The notes beneath the pieces are model-generated. The model ran no database searches and was not told the DNA's origin. It was given only the letters and a program-made list of their open reading frames with translations. This document shows positions 25,690-32,000 of a DNA stretch of 32,000 nucleotides, piece by piece; the first letter of the stretch is position 1; each line of letters opens with the position of its first letter. A program made the translations under genes and the position numbers. The DNA lies in NCBI RefSeq assembly GCF_000284455.1, contig NC_017039.1, forward strand, positions 2,790,001 through 2,822,000, given 5' to 3'. The stretch is from Synechocystis sp. PCC 6803 substr. PCC-P. GTDB taxonomy: Bacteria; Cyanobacteriota; Cyanobacteriia; Cyanobacteriales; Microcystaceae.

Positions 25690-27024
25690 ATGATAACTTC
25701 TCCTACAAATTTAAATTCTTTACCTATTCCCCCCGGTGACTTTGGTTTACCGTGGTTAGGAGAAACTCTCAATTTTCTTAATGATGGGGACTTCGGTAAA
25801 AAGCGGCAGCAGCAATTTGGCCCAATTTTTAAAACCCGTTTATTTGGCAAAAATGTCATTTTTATTTCTGGGGCATTAGCGAATAGATTTTTATTCACCA
25901 AGGAGCAGGAAACTTTTCAGGCAACTTGGCCCCTCAGCACCAGAATTTTGTTAGGACCTAATGCGTTAGCGACTCAAATGGGAGAAATACATCGCTCGCG
26001 CCGTAAAATTCTATACCAAGCTTTTTTACCCAGGACATTGGACAGTTATCTCCCAAAAATGGATGGCATTGTTCAGGGATATTTGGAGCAATGGGGTAAA
26101 GCCAATGAAGTGATTTGGTATCCCCAATTAAGACGAATGACTTTTGATGTGGCGGCAACGTTGTTCATGGGGGAAAAAGTAAGTCAAAATCCTCAATTAT
26201 TTCCCTGGTTTGAAACTTATATTCAAGGGCTATTTAGTCTGCCAATTCCTTTACCTAATACCCTATTTGGTAAATCCCAACGAGCAAGGGCTTTGTTATT
26301 GGCTGAGCTTGAAAAAATTATTAAAGCTCGACAACAGCAACCCCCCAGTGAAGAAGATGCATTGGGCATATTATTGGCCGCCCGAGATGATAATAACCAA
26401 CCGTTATCTTTGCCGGAGCTGAAGGATCAAATTTTATTGCTATTGTTTGCCGGACATGAAACTTTAACTTCCGCATTATCTTCTTTTTGTCTATTGTTGG
26501 GACAACATTCTGACATTCGAGAAAGGGTCAGACAGGAACAGAACAAATTGCAGTTAAGCCAAGAGCTGACGGCAGAAACTCTTAAAAAAATGCCCTATCT
26601 AGACCAAGTGTTACAAGAAGTATTGCGGTTAATTCCTCCTGTGGGCGGTGGTTTTCGAGAATTAATCCAAGATTGTCAATTTCAGGGTTTTCATTTTCCC
26701 AAAGGCTGGTTAGTTTCTTATCAAATTAGCCAAACCCACGCCGATCCTGATTTATATCCTGACCCAGAAAAGTTTGATCCAGAACGGTTTACTCCTGATG
26801 GTAGTGCAACTCATAATCCTCCCTTTGCCCATGTTCCCTTTGGCGGTGGCTTACGGGAATGTTTAGGTAAGGAATTTGCTCGGCTGGAAATGAAATTATT
26901 TGCCACCCGATTAATCCAACAATTTGATTGGACATTGTTACCGGGGCAAAATTTAGAGTTGGTTGTTACCCCTAGTCCCCGGCCCAAAGATAATTTGCGA
27001 GTAAAGCTACATTCACTCATGTAA
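25690..27024 (+). CDS. cyp120A1: Cytochrome P450 (CYP120 family)
   Basis: I-helix AGHETLTS, ExxR (EVLR) and the heme-binding loop FGGGLRECLGKEFA. Identified as CYP120A1 from memory of the Synechocystis gene. Confidence 0.9.
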   Translation: MITSPTNLNSLPIPPGDFGLPWLGETLNFLNDGDFGKKRQQQFGPIFKTRLFGKNVIFISGALANRFLFTKEQETFQATWPLSTRILLGPNALATQMGEIHRSRRKILYQAFLPRTLDSYLPKMDGIVQGYLEQWGKANEVIWYPQLRRMTFDVAATLFMGEKVSQNPQLFPWFETYIQGLFSLPIPLPNTLFGKSQRARALLLAELEKIIKARQQQPPSEEDALGILLAARDDNNQPLSLPELKDQILLLLFAGHETLTSALSSFCLLLGQHSDIRERVRQEQNKLQLSQELTAETLKKMPYLDQVLQEVLRLIPPVGGGFRELIQDCQFQGFHFPKGWLVSYQISQTHADPDLYPDPEKFDPERFTPDGSATHNPPFAHVPFGGGLRECLGKEFARLEMKLFATRLIQQFDWTLLPGQNLELVVTPSPRPKDNLRVKLHSLM

Positions 27025-27150
27025 TTATTTGGTAGTGAAATTATTATTGGCGATCGCCAATCCCAGTGGCTAGGGACCTCAGTTTTGGTAGATACTATTG
27101 CCGTGGGACAATTTGCCCATTTTTTTTCCTTGGTAAGGATATTGACTTAA

Positions 27151-27705
27151 ATGCTTCCTAAAATTTCTTTGGCCGCAGTGGGGTTAACGGTGGGGGGAAT
27201 CCTCACCATTACAGGCTTTGTGGCCTACGCCCTCGACTATGCCACCCTCAATCTGGCTGGCTTTTTCTATGGCATTCCCTTAGTGTTAGGGGGCTTGGCC
27301 CTTAAGGCGGCGGAGTTGAAACCTATTCCATTTAGTCAACCGACCTCAGAAAAAATTATCGCCCTGCGAAACCAACTGGCCACCCCCACCCAAAATCAAA
27401 TTCGCAAAGATGTGACCCGTTACCGTTACGGCCAGGAAGCCCATCTGGACGAATCCCTAGAGCGCCTAGGTTTGAGTCCCACGGATGAAGAAAGACCAGT
27501 ACTCACTAGTCTTTTGGAACAGGATTGGGAGGGAAAATACGTGCTTACCCTAACCTTTACCTCCCCCTTCATCAGCCTGGAAACTTGGCAGGAAAAGCAG
27601 GAAAAAATTGCCAAATTCTTCGGCCCAGACCTGGAAGTTACCGTCGCTGAGCCGGAAGAAAAAGTGGTGACAGTGAATCTAATTTCCCAATTAGCCCTCC
27701 CGTAA
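27151..27705 (+). CDS. Conserved cyanobacterial membrane protein (DUF2854-like)
   Basis: Two N-terminal TM helices (ISLAAVGLTVGGILTITGFVAYAL, AGFFYGIPLVLGGLALKAA) followed by a soluble domain. Confidence 0.65.
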   Translation: MLPKISLAAVGLTVGGILTITGFVAYALDYATLNLAGFFYGIPLVLGGLALKAAELKPIPFSQPTSEKIIALRNQLATPTQNQIRKDVTRYRYGQEAHLDESLERLGLSPTDEERPVLTSLLEQDWEGKYVLTLTFTSPFISLETWQEKQEKIAKFFGPDLEVTVAEPEEKVVTVNLISQLALP

Positions 27706-27748
27706 TTTGTCCAACACGCTATTAGCCCTCCCGTAATTTGTCCAGCAC
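27690..27748. repeat. Tandem direct duplication, 28-nt units (27/28 identical) with 31-bp period
   Basis: ATTAGCCCTCCCGTAATTTGTCCAACAC at 27690-27717 and ATTAGCCCTCCCGTAATTTGTCCAGCAC at 27721-27748. Confidence 0.95.
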
Positions 27749-29683
27749 TGTCCGGTCCTCCAGGGTGGAAGTGTCCCCGGAAATTTCCTGCCCGGAGGCT
27801 AAACTCCGCAACAGACGACGCATAATTTTGCCGGAACGGGTTTTGGGTAACACATCGGTGAAACGGATTTCCGCTGGCCTGGCGATCGCCCCAATTTCTT
27901 CAGTGACGTGCTTGACCAAATCTTTTTTCAACTCTTCACTGGGTTCAGCGTTACCCTCCAGAGAAACAAAGGCGAAAATGGCTTCCCCAGTCAATTCATC
28001 GGGGCGACCCACCACCGCCGCTTCCGCTACGAGGGGATGGGAAACCAAAGCCGATTCAATTTCCATAGTGCCTAAACGGTGACCAGAGACATTAATCACA
28101 TCATCCACCCGGCCCATGACCCAAAAATAACCGTCTTTATCCCGGCGGGCCCCGTCCCCAGCAAAGTAGAGATATTGTCCCTCCTTGGGTTGAATATGTT
28201 CCCAATAGGTATGGCGGAAGCGATCGGTGTCGCCGTACACATCCCGAATCATGCTGGGCCAAGGTTGTTTAATCACTAAAAAGCCCCCTTGGTCTGACTC
28301 GACGGGATTGCCATCTAAATCAACAATTTCCGCCACAATGCCGGGAAAAGGTTTGGTACAAGAACCGGGTTTGGTAGGGATAGCTCCAGGTAGGGGAGTG
28401 AGCATAATGCCGCCGGTTTCCGTTTGCCACCAGGTATCGACAATGGGGCATTTACCGCCGCCAATGACCCGGTGGTACCACATCCAAGCTTCGGGGTTAA
28501 TGGGTTCCCCCACAGTGCCCAGTAAACGGAGAGAGGATAAATCCCTGGCGTTGGGTACGGCTTCCCCCATGCGAATAAAGGCTCGGATGGCGGTGGGGGC
28601 GGTGTAGAAAATATTCACCCCATACCTTTCAATTACGTCCCAAAAACAACCGGGGTTGGAGGGGCGGGGCACCCCTTCATACATTACCGTTGTTGCACCG
28701 TTGGACAGGGGGCCGTAAACAATGTAGCTGTGGCCCGTAATCCAACCCACATCAGCGGTACACCAATAAACGTCCGTATCTTTGAGGTCAAAGATCCATT
28801 TGGTGGTCATGTGGGTGTAAAGGTTGTAACCCCCGGTGGTGTGGACCACGCCTTTTGGTTTGCCAGTACTGCCAGAGGTGTAGAGAATAAACAGCATATC
28901 TTCACTGTCTATGGGTTCCGCTGGGCAATGGGCCGACTGTTGAGGTTGGAGTTCGTGCCACCAGTGGTCCCGTCCCGCCGTCATGGTCACATCGGCTTTA
29001 GTTCTTTGCACGACGATGACGTTTTCCACGCTGGGGGCACCGTGTTCCAGGGCCTTATCCACTTCCTGCTTCAGGGCGATCGCCTTATCTTTACGAAAAC
29101 CACCGTCGGCAGTTATGACCAATTTGGCTTCAGCATCCACTAATCGATCCCGCAGGGCTTCCGCACTAAACCCACCAAACACAACACTATGGGGCGCACC
29201 GATACGGGAACAGGCCAACATGGTGATCGCCGCTTCGGGAATCATGGGCAGATAAATTGCTACCCGATCACCTTTTTGCACGCCTAAACTTTTCAGGGCA
29301 TTGGCAAACTGACACACTTCCCGATGGAGTTGGGCATAGGTAATTATCCGGGAATCTCCCGGTTCCCCCTCCCAAATAATGGCCGCCTTATTGCGCCGCC
29401 AGGTGGTTAAGTGCCGATCCAAACAGTTATGGGAAATATTTAACTGACCCCCCACAAACCATTTCGCAAAGGGAGGTTGCCAATCCAAAACCTGGTCCCA
29501 TTTTTTAAACCAATGTAATTCCTGCTCCGCCAGCTCACCCCAAAACTTCTCCGGATTGCTGGCCGCCCGGCTGTACAGTTGCTCATACTCCCGCCCACTA
29601 CGCACGTAAGCCCGCTCACTAAATTCTGTAGGGGGATCAAACAGTCGCTCTTCCTGCAGGATGGATTCAATGGTATCTGACAT
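27722..29683 (-). CDS. acs: Acetyl-CoA synthetase (AMP-forming)
   Basis: 653 aa. [14 protein letters not shown]-binding motif, [48 protein letters not shown]. Confidence 0.95.
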
Positions 29684-29928
29684 GGTTCTCCGTCAAAGTC
29701 TTTAATGGCTTGGGCCCAACGTTGATGATTGTCGCAAAAATTTTTCCCCTTTCCCCAGATTTGTAACCTTTTGTATTTCTTTGCCTCTGCTGTTTACCCT
29801 GGGGGCGATCTAGGATAGAAGAAGGAAACTAGTATTGGTCCGGGTTAATTGGACAGTGGGGAAAAGATCAAGAAAACATCGGACCCTTTACACGCAGCCC
29901 ATAGCCCATTCACTCGGAGGATAAATCT

Positions 29929-30282
29929 ATGAAACGGAACTATCTACTGACGGCGATCGCCACCCTTGGGATTTTGGCCAGTCTAGCCCCCAACGCCAAC
30001 GCCCAATTTCGTAACTACAATCGCTACAACAACTACAATAACCCTGGCGATCGTATTGGCACTCCTGGTTTTAGCCAACCGATCTTTATGCCTAATCGCA
30101 GCGATACCTATCCTAATAGTTACTACAGAGGCCACAACCGTAATTACCGGGGCAAGGACGAATTAACCATCATCAATGGCGGTAGTAATTGCATCAACTG
30201 TAGGGTGGACGGTTGGGAGCGTCGGGATAGGGATAATAATTGGCACCATCAACGTTATCGCCAGGAGTATTTTTATTACTAA
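29929..30282 (+). CDS. Secreted low-complexity Asn/Tyr/Arg-rich protein (117 aa)
   Basis: GGAGG at 29916-29920, 8 nt before the ATG. Signal peptide MKRNYLLTAIATLGILASLAPNANA. The mature part is rich in N, Y and R and carries one CINC motif. Confidence 0.6.
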   Translation: MKRNYLLTAIATLGILASLAPNANAQFRNYNRYNNYNNPGDRIGTPGFSQPIFMPNRSDTYPNSYYRGHNRNYRGKDELTIINGGSNCINCRVDGWERRDRDNNWHHQRYRQEYFYY

Positions 30283-30406
30283 TATTGCCCTAGTTAATAG
30301 CAACAAAAATCCCCGCTGAACTTAATGAAGTCAACAGGGAAACGGTTGCTTATGGGGAAACCTTAGTGATGATCAGAAAATGTCTGAATCATGTTCAAAT
30401 CATTTC

Positions 30407-31363
30407 CTAGGCTTTGTTGGCCATCGCAGTTTCCGGAGGAAGTTTAATATCCTTGGCTAACCCCAGCAAAGATAGGAATTTAATGGTCATCCAAGTTAAA
30501 TCCACTTCCCACCATTGCAAACCATGGCGAGCAGAGTACTGATAGGCGTGGTGATTATTGTGCCAACCTTCACCGAAAGTTAACAATGCTACCCACCAAC
30601 AATTGCGGGAATAATCATTGGATTCATGGCTAACGTAGCCGAACTTATGGGTGGCACTGTTGACAAACCAAGTGAAGTGGAAAACAAACACTAGGCGGAC
30701 AAAAATGCCCCAAATAACGAAGGGCCAGCCCCCTAAGGCAAATAAAATCAAGCCTAGGGCGACCTGGATAAGAATTAGATTATTCTGGCAAAATTGATAA
30801 AATTTATCGTCTTGGATATCCTTGGTGTAGCGGGGAATATCAGCTTTAGCAGGAATTTCAAACATCATCCAGCCGATGTGACTCCACCAAAAACCCTTAT
30901 TAGAATCGTGGGGATCCGGGGTGGTGTCAGAAAATTTGTGGTGCATACGGTGTAAGCCGACCCACTCAAATACGCCCCCCTGACAGGCTAGGGTGCCACA
31001 GATTACGAAAATATACTCTAACCATTTAGGAACATTGAAACTGCGGTGGGAAATACAACGGTGAAAACCTAAAGTAATGCCAATGCCGCCGGTAATTACA
31101 TAGAGCAAGAAAGCCATCCCCACTGCTTTCCAACTGAAAAACTGGGGCAGGAAAGCCAACAGGGCCACCAAATGAATGGAGGTAAAAAAGAAGATCACAG
31201 TCCAAGCTGGAGTCAACTTGGGCTTGGAATCGTTGGGAAGAGCAGCAGTCATGAAAAAAAACCTAACGAAAAAACGGAATAATTGGCGCTTGTTAAAAAC
31301 GATTAAACTATTGTCAAAAAGTTTGCTTAAATATAGGTATTCAATGTTTAATGGGTTTAACAT
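30407..31363 (-). CDS. desC: Acyl-lipid delta-9 desaturase
   Basis: Three His boxes: HRCISH, HRMHH, HNNHH. The longest ORF starts at the ATG at 31363, but an internal ATG at 31252 (MTAALPNDSKPK) is a plausible true start. Confidence 0.9.
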   Translation of the reverse strand: MLNPLNIEYLYLSKLFDNSLIVFNKRQLFRFFVRFFFMTAALPNDSKPKLTPAWTVIFFFTSIHLVALLAFLPQFFSWKAVGMAFLLYVITGGIGITLGFHRCISHRSFNVPKWLEYIFVICGTLACQGGVFEWVGLHRMHHKFSDTTPDPHDSNKGFWWSHIGWMMFEIPAKADIPRYTKDIQDDKFYQFCQNNLILIQVALGLILFALGGWPFVIWGIFVRLVFVFHFTWFVNSATHKFGYVSHESNDYSRNCWWVALLTFGEGWHNNHHAYQYSARHGLQWWEVDLTWMTIKFLSLLGLAKDIKLPPETAMANKA

Positions 31364-31473
31364 CGCCGGGATTTACCAACCATCCAAGAAAATCGAATCG
31401 GTGATGATCTCGAAGATTGAAAGATAGTTTAAGGGGAATTCCCAAATAACATCAAAAGTTAAATAATGTCTTA

Positions 31474-32000
31474 ATGAAATATTCCAGCTTCCTTAAACAA
31501 GCAGAAGAAAACCTAGTCCCAATCTTTTCGGAAATCGACGCAAAGGTCAAGGAAAATCTGTACAAAGTCATAGAGGCATTTCGGCACCATCGGGTAGGGG
31601 TACAGCACTTCGCCGGGGTGAGTGGTTATGGCCATGATGACCTAGGCAGAGATACTCTGGACGGGGTTTTTGCTCAGGTGATGGGGGCAGAGTCGGCCGC
31701 TGTACGGGTACAGTTTGTGTCCGGAACCCATGCGATCGCCTGTGCGTTGTACGGCATTTTGCGACCGGGGGATGAACTACTGTCGGCGGTGGGCTCTCCC
31801 TACGACACCCTCGAAGAAGTGATTGGTCTTAGGGGAAGTTGTCAAGGCTCCCTCGCTGACTTTAACATTTCTTATCGTCAATTGCCCCTCACGGCGGCCG
31901 GCACGGTGGATTGGCAAGGGCTAGAAACTGCAGTGCGTCCGGAAACTCGCTTAGTTTTAATCCAACGTTCCTGTGGTTACAGTTGGCGCCCCAGTTTGGC
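31474..32000 (+). CDS. YnbB / aluminium-resistance family PLP-dependent protein (methionine gamma-lyase-like), N-terminal 175 codons; continues past the window end
   Basis: My own translation from the ATG at 31474 gives MKYSSFLKQAEENLVPIFSEIDAKVKENLYKVIEAFRHHRVGVQHFAGVSGYGHDDLGRDTLDGVFAQVMGAESAAVRVQFVSGTHAIA... The frame is open to nt 32000. It is absent from the ORF track because no stop lies in the window. Confidence 0.75.
   Translation, partial: MKYSSFLKQAEENLVPIFSEIDAKVKENLYKVIEAFRHHRVGVQHFAGVSGYGHDDLGRDTLDGVFAQVMGAESAAVRVQFVSGTHAIACALYGILRPGDELLSAVGSPYDTLEEVIGLRGSCQGSLADFNISYRQLPLTAAGTVDWQGLETAVRPETRLVLIQRSCGYSWRPSL

Noticed and set aside
25265-25901. 75-aa and 97-aa minus-strand ORFs
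   Set aside because: The first is antisense to the recombinase remnant, and the second spans the recombinase 3' end and the 5' end of the P450 gene. Neither has features, and the plus-strand readings explain the sequence.

Overview
The window reads as cyanobacterial chromosome, most like Synechocystis sp. PCC 6803. This rests on the density of HIP1 octamers (GCGATCGC) and on gene content that I recognise by motif and from memory: ndhO, ycf65, ftrC, flv3, a VKOR-thioredoxin fusion, cyp120A1, acs and desC. No database search was possible. About 40 genes are tightly packed on both strands. From 1 to 22.7 kb and from 27.05 to 32 kb the content is ordinary housekeeping. It includes the bioF 3' end, two map paralogues, panD, mdh, ndhO, pth, ycf65, a Tic22-like gene, natB, a CPA1 antiporter with an RCK domain and tRNA-Cys. 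It also includes ftrC, flv3, SUI1, a PAP2 phosphatase, holA, acs, desC and the 5' end of a YnbB-like gene. The unusual part is about 22.8-27.05 kb, a block with no HIP1 and visibly low GC. It carries a CD225/dispanin plus DUF2752 membrane gene pair, orphan ORFs, a multiply disrupted CYTH gene, a truncated and disrupted tyrosine-recombinase gene abutting it, and the P450 gene. I read this as a decayed genomic island. Other points worth a second look: an uncharacterised dual-nuclease (DUF2779-type) protein, a tandem MshEN-like protein that may bind c-di-GMP, a near-perfect 31-bp-period tandem duplication that separates the convergent 3' ends of acs and its neighbour, and five helically phased TCCCCAG repeats in the ndhO upstream region. 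All family calls come from motifs read in the supplied translations. Start codons were re-chosen where the track began at TTG/GTG extensions. No CRISPR array, intact IS element or rRNA was seen.
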